DNA from: an uncultured delta proteobacterium
GTDB taxonomy: Bacteria; Desulfobacterota; Syntrophorhabdia; Syntrophorhabdales; WCHB1-27
Direction of reading: 5' to 3'
DNA length: 64,000 nt
Assembly (NCBI GenBank): GCA_963835595.1
Contig: CAWIGL010000003.1
Span: 509,620-573,619, forward strand
Under the pieces are notes generated by a model. It made no database searches, was not told the origin of the DNA, and saw only the letters and a list, made by a program, of their open reading frames with translations. Each line of letters opens with the position of its first letter. Within the stretch, counting starts at the first letter, position 1. A program made the position numbers and the translations under genes. Of this stretch, positions 10,558 to 21,150 are shown in pieces.

Positions 10558-11905
10558 CTACTCCTTATATGCCTGGATGATGCCTTTCTCCATAAGGATA
10601 CCGACCTCGTCCCTCGCCCTCCTGATCTTCGCCTCGGCCATCGAGAAAAGCTCCTTCTCGCTCAGCTTCAGGCGGGCGACGCCCTGCTCCATCGCCTTCT
10701 TCGCGACTGCGACAGCCTCCCTGGGGAAGACCTCCCACTCGTCCATCGTGGGCAGCAGGTAGGTCTTCCGAGATGCCCTTGTCCTCTGCGCAGCGCGCCA
10801 ATTCCACGGCTGCCGCGATGCACATCTCGTCGGTGATCGTCTTCGCCATGACGTCGAGGGTGCCCCTGAAGATGGCGGGGAAGCCGATGGAGTTGTTGAC
10901 CTGGTTGGGGAAATCGCTCCTGCCCGTCGCGACGACCTGTGCGCCCGCCTCTTTGGCCTCCCACGGCCAGATCTCCGGGATAGGGTTGGCGCACGCGAAG
11001 ACGATGGCGTTGTCGGCCATCCTGGCGATCCATTCCTTCTTGATTACGTCCGGCCCGGATTTCGACAGGGCGATGACCGCGTCCTGGCCCGCTATGGCCT
11101 CCGGCATGTCGCCGTTCCTGCCCGCGCCGTTCGTCGCCTGGGCGAGCTCCCATTTCTCCTTGTGGCTCTTTGCGTCGATGTCCGTCCGCTTCTTCGAGAG
11201 GATGCCCTTGCTGTCAACGATCATCATCTTCTTCGGGTCCGCCCCCGCCTTGAAGAGCATCCGCGCAGTGCAGACGTTTGCCGCGCCTACGCCGATGAGC
11301 GTGATCTTCGCTTCATTCATAGGCTTCTTCACGACCTTCAGAGCGTTGATGAGACCGGCGACCGTGACGGCAGCCGTGCCCTGCTGGTCGTCGTGCCAGA
11401 CGGGGATGGGCGCCTCAGCGCGCAGCTTTTCGAGGATATAGAAGCACTTCGGGTTCGCAATGTCCTCCAGGTTGATGCCCCCGAACGTCGGGCAGAGGTA
11501 CTTGACGGTCTTGATGAACTCGTCCGGGTCCTTCGTGTCGAGGCAGATGGGAAAGGCATCGACGCCGCCCAGGTACTTGAACAGAAGGGCCTTCCCCTCC
11601 ATGACGGGCAGGCCGGCCATCGGCCCTATGTCGCCCAGGCCGAGGACGCGCGTGCCGTCCGTGACGATGGCGATCATGTTCCCTTTGTTCGTCATCTCGA
11701 AGACGGCCTCCGGGTTGCGCTGGATCTCCCTGCACGGCTCCGCGACGCCGGGGGTATACCAGATCGAGAAGTCGTTGATGTCCCTTATGACGCACTTCGG
11801 CACAATCTCGATCTTCCCGCGATAGTAAGGATGCATTTTCATCGCATCGGCAGCCGGCTTCTTCGCCTTTGCAAGAAGCTCTTCCTTCGTGACTTTCTTC
11901 TCCAT
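10558..11905 (-). CDS. maeB: NAD(P)-dependent malic enzyme (short form); one frameshift at about 10764
   Basis: YYRGKIEIVPKC...WYTPGVAEPC...VTDGTRVLGLGDIGP...INLEDI...WHDDQQGTA...LIGVGAANV. The C-terminus continues in ORF 10558-10746 (...GISED|YLLPTMDEWEVFPREAV...). Confidence 0.85.
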
Positions 11906-12240
11906 AGTCTCCTCACATTGCCGGGATGGTTTTATCGTTGCCCCGTTCCACCGGGCGCCCGCCCGCTTCCGGGCGCTTTCCGGCGCCCAACCCTCAACGA
12001 CACCCGGTCACCATAGAATATTTTATAATATAATCAGAGAACTTTGCTACAATATTATGTAATACGGAGAGGCGGAATAGGAAAAAAATTGGTATAAAGT
12101 TTTTTCCTTTTTCGAGGGGGCGCCGGGGCACCCGCGCGGCGGCACGCCGCGAGGGTCGCCAATAAATGACCCTGCTGCAAGCAGCAGGGTATCCGCTGAA
12201 CGCTTTTCGTGAGCGGGGAGGCTCCGCCGGCTTTACCGGC

Positions 12241-12270
12241 GGAGGGGGCGCTGAGCCCCAATAATTGCCT
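12241..12270 (+). repeat. Copy A of a 30-nt intergenic motif GGAGGGGGCGCTGAGCCCCAATAATTGCCT, preceded by a train of GC hairpins
   Basis: 28 of 30 nt are identical to 62965-62994 in the same orientation. Both copies follow a hairpin and, further upstream, a CCTTTTT..AGGGGG block (about 12105-12120 here). Confidence 0.6.
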
Positions 12271-12454
12271 GTTATAAGGTGTGCCAAAGCTCCAACGATG
12301 ATAGTCGGATGCGAAAAGCGCGGGAACGAAAGAGCGCGCAAAACAGCTTTTATGTGGGGAGAGGGTGATAGTATCCCTGTGGCAAGCTACAGGGAATCAA
12401 CAAGTTGACATTACCATAGCAAATTTTTCTTCCTGCCAGTATATTCTAGGGTAA

Positions 12455-14510
<2,056 letters not shown>

Positions 14511-14515
14511 ACATC

Positions 14516-15208
14516 ATGCAAGCTATCATCGCCGGAACGTCTTTATTGCGCTCTATGCTTTTCATCAACTGGGAAGAGGCTGCCGTGGATACGCCCTACG
14601 GCAAGGTTTCCGTCAGAAAGGCCTCGCGGCACCTTTTCCTTCAGCGCCACGGGAAAAAGGCGGTCCCGCCCCACATGATAAACCACAAGGCGAACATCTG
14701 GGCCTTGAAGAGCCTCGGCGTCGAAGGCGTGATAGCCGTCAACTCCGTCGGCAGCCTGAAGTCCGCCCTGCGGCCCGGCACGTTCGTCATACCCGACGAC
14801 TTTATTGCCTTCTGCGGCACCCCCAGCTTCTACGACTACGAGATGCACTTCACCGTCCCCATCATGAGCGCGGATTACGCCGCCCGGATGCACCGCGTCT
14901 GCACGGCGATGGAGGTGGAAGTGGCGCTTGGGGGCATCTACGTCCAGACGGCGGGGCCGCGCTTCGAGACGAGGGCGGAGGTCGGCGTGCTGAAGAAGGT
15001 GGGCGATGTCGTCGGCATGACGATGGCCTCGGAAGCGACCCTTTGCATGGAGTACTCCATCCCCTACGTAAGCCTCTGCTCGATCGACAACTACGCCAAC
15101 GGCATCCTCAAGGCCCCCCTCGCGATGGACGAGGTGGAGGAGCAGATCATCAGGAACGCCGCCACCATCGAGGCGGTCCTGCAGACGATCCTGGCCGAAG
15201 GCTTTTGA
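14516..15208 (+). CDS. mtnP: S-methyl-5'-thioadenosine (purine nucleoside) phosphorylase family protein
   Basis: 230-aa intact ORF with the PNP/MTAP-family pattern (FLQRHG...PPHMINHKANIWALKSLGV..VIAVNSVGSL...GPRFET.AE...VGMTM.SE). Confidence 0.75.
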   Translation: MQAIIAGTSLLRSMLFINWEEAAVDTPYGKVSVRKASRHLFLQRHGKKAVPPHMINHKANIWALKSLGVEGVIAVNSVGSLKSALRPGTFVIPDDFIAFCGTPSFYDYEMHFTVPIMSADYAARMHRVCTAMEVEVALGGIYVQTAGPRFETRAEVGVLKKVGDVVGMTMASEATLCMEYSIPYVSLCSIDNYANGILKAPLAMDEVEEQIIRNAATIEAVLQTILAEGF

Positions 15209-16467
15209 TGGACATCCTGATTAAAGGCGTCCGCCTCGGAGACGGCCGGGTCCGCGACATCTTCATCGAAAACGGCAGGATCGACGAGATATCGAAGGAA
15301 TGCAGGCGGCCCGCCGGCCGCACGATAGACGGGCAAGGCAAGGTCGCCCTGCCCTCTTTCATCAACGGACATACCCACGCTGCCATGACGCTCCTTCGCG
15401 GCTACGCGGACGATTTGCCCCTCAAGCAGTGGCTCGAAGAGAAGATCTGGGTGTTGGAGGCAAAGCTGACGGGCGAGGACGTTTACTGGGGCACGAAGCT
15501 CGCCTGCCTGGAGATGATAAAGAACGGCATCACCGTCTTCAATGATATGTACTGGTTCTGGGAGGATTCGGCCAGGGCTGTCTGCGAGATGGGGGTGCGC
15601 GCAATACTTTCGGGCGTCTTCATCGACATGCTCGACCCGAAAAAAGGCCGCGAGCAGATAGACGCGAACATTGCGCTCTTCGGCGTCGCGGATAAGTACC
15701 GGCCGAACGTCATCTTCGCCCTCGGGCCGCACGCAGTCTACAGCGTCTCGAAGGAGAGCCTTGCATGGATAGGCGAGTTCTCAAGGCAACACGCCCTGCC
15801 CGTCCACATGCATCTCGCTGAGAGCGCCGACGAGGCGGAGTTCACCAGGCAGAGGTACGGCCTCTCGCCCGTCGAGCTCCTGGACGACCTCGGCGTGCTG
15901 TCGGACAGGTTCGCCGGGGCGCACGGCTGCTGGCTCAACGGGGCTGACGCGGCGATCCTCGCAAGGTCCGGGGCGGCCCTCGTCACGAACCCCGTCTCCA
16001 ACCTGAAGCTCTCCGTCGGCAGCCTCTTCCCTTACAGGCTCGTCAGGGAGAGCGCCATCCCTTACTGCTTCGGCACGGACGGCCCATCGTCCAACAACGG
16101 CCTCGACATGATGGAGACGATGAAGCTCGCCTCCCTCCTGGCCAAGTTCTCGACCGGCGACCCCACTTTCCTGCCTGCCCGCGAGACTTACGAGCGCGCG
16201 ACGAAGGGGGCGGCCTGCATCTTCTCCCTCGGCGAGTGGGAGATCGCAGCCGGCTCGACGGCCGACATCATCCTTCTGGACCTGACAAGCCACCGATTCG
16301 TGCCGAACTTCGACATCTATTCGGACATCGTCTATTCCGCCCACTCGTGCGACGTTGACACGGTCATCTGCATGGGAAAGGTATTGATGGAGGGAAGGCG
16401 CGTGGAGGGCGAGGAGGAGATCATGGAGCACGCCCGCCGGATCGCAAGGGGCCTTCCTGCGCGATGA
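15208..16467 (+). CDS. mtaD: Amidohydrolase, 5-methylthioadenosine/S-adenosylhomocysteine deaminase-like
   Basis: The ATG overlaps the upstream stop (TGATG). MDILIKGVRL...LPSFINGHTHAAMTLLRGYADDLPL..WL, ...VHMHLAES..E, ...FGTDG. The longer ORF start at 15043 lies inside the previous gene. Confidence 0.8.
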   Translation: MDILIKGVRLGDGRVRDIFIENGRIDEISKECRRPAGRTIDGQGKVALPSFINGHTHAAMTLLRGYADDLPLKQWLEEKIWVLEAKLTGEDVYWGTKLACLEMIKNGITVFNDMYWFWEDSARAVCEMGVRAILSGVFIDMLDPKKGREQIDANIALFGVADKYRPNVIFALGPHAVYSVSKESLAWIGEFSRQHALPVHMHLAESADEAEFTRQRYGLSPVELLDDLGVLSDRFAGAHGCWLNGADAAILARSGAALVTNPVSNLKLSVGSLFPYRLVRESAIPYCFGTDGPSSNNGLDMMETMKLASLLAKFSTGDPTFLPARETYERATKGAACIFSLGEWEIAAGSTADIILLDLTSHRFVPNFDIYSDIVYSAHSCDVDTVICMGKVLMEGRRVEGEEEIMEHARRIARGLPAR

Positions 16468-16913
16468 GGCTCGTCTGCGATGCCATGCTGGGGAAGCTCG
16501 CCCGCTACCTGCGGATGCTCGGCCTCGACGCCGCCTACGCACCGAACAGGGCTGCCCTTGAGCGCATACGGCAGAGCGACCCCGACCGCGTCCTTCTGAC
16601 GCGCCGCCGCAGCGGGCGGCCTTCCGGCTTTGCCCGGACGGTCCGTATCGGGTCGGAGATCGCAAGGGAGCAGCTCAAGGAGGTCAAGCCGCTTATTGCG
16701 CCGCACCTGTCCCGCGAGACGGTCTTTTCCAGGTGCATCGAGTGCAACGTGGTGCTCGCGGACGTGGACAAACGGGACATCGAGCCGTCCGTCCCTGAGT
16801 TCGTCTACCATAATTACACGCGCTTCAAGACCTGCCCTTCCTGCAAGAGGGTCTACTGGGAAGGCTCCCACAGCAAAGGCATGGAGGCGCTTATAGAGGA
16901 AATCCTAGCGTGA
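16464..16913 (+). CDS. Mut7-C RNase-domain (DUF82, PIN-like) protein
   Basis: MRLVCDAMLGKLARYLRMLGLDA... plus a C-terminal zinc-ribbon pair (CIECN...CPSCK). It has 4-nt overlaps with both neighbours. Confidence 0.65.
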   Translation: MRLVCDAMLGKLARYLRMLGLDAAYAPNRAALERIRQSDPDRVLLTRRRSGRPSGFARTVRIGSEIAREQLKEVKPLIAPHLSRETVFSRCIECNVVLADVDKRDIEPSVPEFVYHNYTRFKTCPSCKRVYWEGSHSKGMEALIEEILA

Positions 16914-17563
16914 CGCCCTTCCCTTTTAAACAACTGATCGAACGGCTGAAAGATTACTACGCGGACGACGTGCCCGTAGTCACGAGGCTCGCAGCCCGCA
17001 GGCAGGACCCGTTCCTCGTGCTCATAGGCTGCCTTTTGAGTCTTCGGACCAAGGACGAGACGACGGATGCGGCGATGGGGCGCCTGATGGAAAAGGCGCG
17101 CACGCCGGAGGCGATCCTTGCAATGCCCGTTGCCGAGCTTGAGAAGGCGATATACCCCGTCGGCTTTTACAGGGTGAAGGCGCGCATCCTGAAAGACGTA
17201 TCGCGGACGGTCATCGAGAAATACGACAAGCGCGTCCCCGACTCTATAGAAGAGCTGCTCACGATCAAAGGCGTGGGGAGGAAGACGGCGAACATCGTCA
17301 TAACGGAGGGATTCGGCATACCCGGCGTAGCCGTGGACACCCACGTCCACCGCATCTCGAACAGGCTGGGCGCAGTAAAGACCAGGTCGCCGGGCGAGAC
17401 GGAAGACGAGCTGCGCCGGCTCCTTCCGAAAGAATACTGGATTCCCTTAAACCCCCTCCTCGTGACGCACGGCCGCCGGACGTGCGTGCCTATCTCGCCG
17501 TTTTGCAGCAGGTGCCCGGTGTCCGATATCTGCGGCCGGGTGGGCGTTACGCGCTCAAGATGA
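16910..17563 (+). CDS. nth: Endonuclease III (DNA glycosylase/AP lyase)
   Basis: HhH-GPD core (LLTIKGVGRKTANIVI...VDTHVHR) and the Fe-S loop CVPISPFCSRCPVSDIC. Confidence 0.9.
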   Translation: MTPFPFKQLIERLKDYYADDVPVVTRLAARRQDPFLVLIGCLLSLRTKDETTDAAMGRLMEKARTPEAILAMPVAELEKAIYPVGFYRVKARILKDVSRTVIEKYDKRVPDSIEELLTIKGVGRKTANIVITEGFGIPGVAVDTHVHRISNRLGAVKTRSPGETEDELRRLLPKEYWIPLNPLLVTHGRRTCVPISPFCSRCPVSDICGRVGVTRSR

Positions 17564-17621
17564 GCGCGCCCGGCGGGACGGGGCGACCTCTTCCGAGGCG
17601 CAAGCCCGGCCGGCGCGCCGG

Positions 17622-17651
17622 AAGCGCGATTCTGCCGCGCTTTATCTTTTT
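17622..17651 (+). terminator. Rho-independent terminator after nth
   Basis: Stem AAGCGCG / CGCGCTT with a 7-nt loop, followed by TATCTTTTT. Confidence 0.6.
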
Positions 17652-17678
17652 CCCGTTTATTCGATAATACGTTGAGTT

Positions 17679-19559
17679 ATGGAACAGGGACGCCGGGACC
17701 ATACTGCTATGACCAGCCCGAGGCGCGCTCGCAGGCCCCCCCTGCGACCGCCTTCGCACCCGGCGTTCGGCCGAGGGGCGGGGGCGGGCCTAAAAACGGC
17801 AGACCCGGCATCCGCCGAAGGGGCGGAGAAATTCAGGCTGCTCTTCGAGAACTCGCCGGACGCCATCGTCCTTCTGGACGGGGAGACGTACGTAGATTGC
17901 AATGAAGCGGCCCTAGTCATGCTGGGCTGCGAGCGAAAAGACCAGTTGATCGGCCTTACCCCCTTGGACGTAGCACCCGAAAGGCAGCCCGACGGGCGTC
18001 TTTCGCGGGACGTGGTCAGCGAGCACAACCAGGAAACGCTTCGGCAAGGGCGCAACCGTTTTGAATTCCTGCGCCGTACGATGGACGGCCGGGAGATCCT
18101 GGTGGAGGCCTCCCAGACGGTGGTGCCCATAGGGGGCAGGCAGATTTTCTACACCGTATTGAGGGATATCACCGAGCGCAAAAAGGCCGATGTCTGCCTC
18201 CAGGAGTCGGAGCGCAAGTTCAGGGACCTGGTGGAAAAGTCCCTCGTGGGCGTCTATCTGATCCAGGACGGCATTTTCAAATACGTCAACGCCCACTTCG
18301 CGGAGATCTACGGCTGCTCGGTGGAGGAGCTGACGAACCTGAAAGGCCCCAAAAACTTCACCCACCCGGACGACTGGCCGCTGGTGGAGGAGAACATACG
18401 GAGGAGGCTGTCGGGAGAGATAGACTCCATCAACTTCACCTTCAGGCTAATATTGGAAAACGGGGAGGTCCGCCATATGGAGGCTTACGGCTCCCGGACA
18501 GTCTATATGGGCAGGCCGGCGGTCATCGGCACCCTCCAGGATATCACCGAGCGCAAGGCGCGCGAGGAGGAGCTGCGCTGGAAGACGACCTTCCTCCAGG
18601 CGATGGTGCGCTCCTCGGATGACGGCATCCTGGTAGTCGATACCCACAAGGCGAAAGTTGTGGAAAACCAGCGGATGATCGACATGTGGAAGATACCGCA
18701 GCACATCGTGGACAACGGCGACGAGGAAGAAAAGATCGAGTACGTAATGTCGGTGATCAAGGACCCGCAGCGCTTCTACGACATGATCGTCCGCGTCTAC
18801 AACCACCCGGAAGAGACGGTGCGGGGCGAGTTCGAGCTTAAGGAAGGCACGGTGGTGGATGCCGGCTCCTATCCCGTCCTCGGCAAGGACGGGCAGCAAT
18901 ACGGCCGCATCTGGAAATTCCGCGACATCACGGAGATGCGACGCTACTGGGATATGCTGGAGGCGCTTTCGACGACGGACGGCCTTACGGGCCTTTCCAA
19001 CAGGAGGCGCTTCGACGAGTTCCTCGACCGGGAATGGCGCAGGGGCGTGCGCCAGCAATCGTACATATCGCTGATCCTGGTCGATATCGACCACTTCAAG
19101 GAGTTCAACGACTACTACGGCCACCAGGCGGGCGACGAGTGCCTGCAGCGGGTGGCGGGCGTGCTGCTGAGGGCGGTGAAGCGGCCCGGCGACCTGGCCG
19201 CCCGCTACGGCGGTGAAGAATTTGCGTGCGTCCTTTCCGACACCAACCCCGAAGGGGCCGTTGCGCTGGCACGGAGCATCATGGAAGAAATAAACAAGCT
19301 GGCCATACCTCACGGCCGCTCGCCTGCCGTGGACCGCATTTCCGTGAGTTGCGGCGTTGCGACGCTTGTGCCCGAGAAGGAGCAGATGTCGTCCGAGCTC
19401 GTCCGGGTGGCAGACCGGCTCCTTTACGCCGCAAAGGAAGAGGGGCGGAACAGAATGAAGAGCTGGCCCTTCGGAAAAGGGACGTCCACGGGCGGCATCG
19501 AGGGCGGCCCTGCCTCGCGGAAGGACGGGCTTGACTTCACAAACTTCGGCCTGGCGTGA
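17679..19559 (+). CDS. Multi-PAS diguanylate cyclase (GGDEF)
   Basis: Three PAS-like blocks (FRLLFENSPDAI.., FRDLVEKSLVGVY.., FLQAMVRSSDDGI..), each ending in DITERK/DITEM, then GGDEF (DGLTGLSNRRRF...RYGGEEFA). The R/P-rich first 40 aa make the exact start uncertain. Confidence 0.85.
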   Translation: MEQGRRDHTAMTSPRRARRPPLRPPSHPAFGRGAGAGLKTADPASAEGAEKFRLLFENSPDAIVLLDGETYVDCNEAALVMLGCERKDQLIGLTPLDVAPERQPDGRLSRDVVSEHNQETLRQGRNRFEFLRRTMDGREILVEASQTVVPIGGRQIFYTVLRDITERKKADVCLQESERKFRDLVEKSLVGVYLIQDGIFKYVNAHFAEIYGCSVEELTNLKGPKNFTHPDDWPLVEENIRRRLSGEIDSINFTFRLILENGEVRHMEAYGSRTVYMGRPAVIGTLQDITERKAREEELRWKTTFLQAMVRSSDDGILVVDTHKAKVVENQRMIDMWKIPQHIVDNGDEEEKIEYVMSVIKDPQRFYDMIVRVYNHPEETVRGEFELKEGTVVDAGSYPVLGKDGQQYGRIWKFRDITEMRRYWDMLEALSTTDGLTGLSNRRRFDEFLDREWRRGVRQQSYISLILVDIDHFKEFNDYYGHQAGDECLQRVAGVLLRAVKRPGDLAARYGGEEFACVLSDTNPEGAVALARSIMEEINKLAIPHGRSPAVDRISVSCGVATLVPEKEQMSSELVRVADRLLYAAKEEGRNRMKSWPFGKGTSTGGIEGGPASRKDGLDFTNFGLA

Positions 19560-19623
19560 TAAGATTTGCCATCGGCGCCTGTAGGGTCGCGGCGGCTGCG
19601 CGCCGGGGCAAAAAAGCGCGGGC

Positions 19624-19998
19624 ATGAATATAGACCAAAAATCCTTCGACAAGATAGTCAAAAAGGCCGTAAGCCGCGTACCGGAAGAGATACGCCGCCA
19701 CCTCGACAATATCATCATAACGGTCAGAAGGCGGCCCACGGCGGCGATGCTCAAGGAGCTCGGCCTTTCGCGCACCGACGACCTTCTCGGCCTCTTCCAG
19801 GGGGTCCCGCTGATCGAGCGGACGGTCACCGCGCCCCCACTTTTTCCCGACACCATATTCCTCTTCCAGGAGCCCTTGGAGAGGGCCTGCGATACGGTCG
19901 AGGAGCTGGAGGAGCAGATAGAGATAACGGTCGTGCACGAAGTAGCCCATTACATAGGCATGGGCGAGGACCGGCTGGCGGAGCTGGGGTACGCGTAA
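19624..19998 (+). CDS. Small zinc-metallopeptidase-like protein (DUF1025 type)
   Basis: 124 aa with the HExxH-like motif VVHEVAHYIG near the C-terminus. Confidence 0.6.
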   Translation: MNIDQKSFDKIVKKAVSRVPEEIRRHLDNIIITVRRRPTAAMLKELGLSRTDDLLGLFQGVPLIERTVTAPPLFPDTIFLFQEPLERACDTVEELEEQIEITVVHEVAHYIGMGEDRLAELGYA

Positions 19999-20106
19999 CG
20001 CGCCGAAAACCACTGCAAATAGGACGCGAAATCCCCTTTGAGTCCCCCTGTCGCGGGGCAGACTGCGATTTAGCAAATAAACCATTAAATTTTTTTAACA
20101 TTTCCC

Positions 20107-20136
20107 TTGACATCGTATTTCGTAGTTGCATATCAT
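20107..20136 (+). promoter_or_regulatory. Candidate sigma70 promoter of the cold-shock gene, with an AT-rich UP-like tract
   Basis: TTGACA (20107-20112), an 18-nt spacer, then TATCAT (20131-20136). It is preceded by AAATAAACCATTAAATTTTTTTAAC. Confidence 0.5.
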
Positions 20137-20182
20137 TACGTTCACCAGTATTAATTTATTTTTCAGAAAGGAGTTTTGCGGT

Positions 20183-20386
20183 ATGCCAGTAGGTAAGGTT
20201 AAGTGGTTCAATGACTCAAAGGGCTATGGATTCATCGAGCAGGATGAGGGGGGAGACGTTTTCGTGCATTATTCCGCCATCAAGCAGAACGGTTTCAAAA
20301 CCTTAAAAACAGGGGAGCAGGTCGAATTTGAGATCGTAAACGGGCCGAAAGGGCCACAGGCATCAAACGTAGTAAAGGTCGAATAA
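20183..20386 (+). CDS. cspA: Cold-shock protein (CspA family)
   Basis: [18 protein letters not shown] (RNP1) and DVFVHYS (RNP2). An RBS AAAGGAG lies 8 nt upstream. The ORF-track start at 20126 is an upstream extension. Confidence 0.9.
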   Translation: MPVGKVKWFNDSKGYGFIEQDEGGDVFVHYSAIKQNGFKTLKTGEQVEFEIVNGPKGPQASNVVKVE

Positions 20387-20408
20387 AAGGGGATTCACTT
20401 CCCCTTTT
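20385..20408 (+). terminator. Hairpin terminator between convergent csp and mazG
   Basis: AAAAGGGG, an 8-nt loop, then CCCCTTTT followed by TC TCC TTTT. It overlaps the last codons of mazG. Confidence 0.55.
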
Positions 20409-21150
20409 TCTCCTTTTCTTTCATTTCATCCCAAAGGGCATCCATTGCTGCAAGGTTGCCCTTTGCCAAATCAAGGTTCCGTTCTACATTCACGAACCGC
20501 CTCAAGAATTTATCGATGGCGCGCCTAAGGGCGTTTTCAGGATCGATGCCGTGACGCCGTGAGATGTTCACGACCGTAAAGAGGACGTCGCCGATCTCCC
20601 CTTCTATCTCGTCCGCCGTCCCCGACTTTTCTGCTTCCTTAAGCTCGGCGACTTCTTCGCGCATCTTTTCGTGGATGTCGTCCAGCTTCTCCCAGTCGAA
20701 GCCGACTTTTGCCGCCCTTCTCGATATCAGGTAGGCCCGCAGAAGGGCGGGGAGTATCGCAGGCACGTGGGAGACGGGCGAATAATCGTCCTTCTCCGCC
20801 TTTTTGATCTCCTCCCAGCGCGCCTCGATCGGCCTTCCGTCGCCGTCCTTCAAAAAGACGTGCGGGTGCCTGCCGTACATTTTTTCGTACGCGCCCGTCA
20901 CAACGTCATTTATGTCGAACCGGCCCTTCTCCCTGCATATCTGCGATATGAAGACGATGTGGAAGAGGAGGTCGCCAAGCTCTTCCCTGAGCGCAGGGTA
21001 GTCTGCCTGCTCGATGGCCTCGATCAGCTCGTAGACCTCTTCGAGAAGGAACGTCTTGAAGGCGGCCTCCGTCTGCTTTTTGTCCCACGGGCAGCCCTCG
21101 TCGCCGCGCAGGGTCTCCATCAGATTCACGAGCTTGTCGAACGCTTCCAT
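20395..21150 (-). CDS. mazG: Nucleoside triphosphate pyrophosphohydrolase MazG
   Basis: GCPWDKKQT, then two MazG EExxE motifs (LLEEVYELIEAIE, REEVAELKEAE). Confidence 0.85.
   Translation of the reverse strand: MEAFDKLVNLMETLRGDEGCPWDKKQTEAAFKTFLLEEVYELIEAIEQADYPALREELGDLLFHIVFISQICREKGRFDINDVVTGAYEKMYGRHPHVFLKDGDGRPIEARWEEIKKAEKDDYSPVSHVPAILPALLRAYLISRRAAKVGFDWEKLDDIHEKMREEVAELKEAEKSGTADEIEGEIGDVLFTVVNISRRHGIDPENALRRAIDKFLRRFVNVERNLDLAKGNLAAMDALWDEMKEKEKKGK

Noticed and set aside
104-11905. Reading the many frameshifted genes as genuine pseudogenes (genome decay)
   Set aside because: The affected genes include ispG and central-metabolism genes. The protein sequence on both sides of every break remains highly conserved, with no stop accumulation. 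Several breaks lie in homopolymers. Assembly error is therefore more parsimonious, though unproven without reads.
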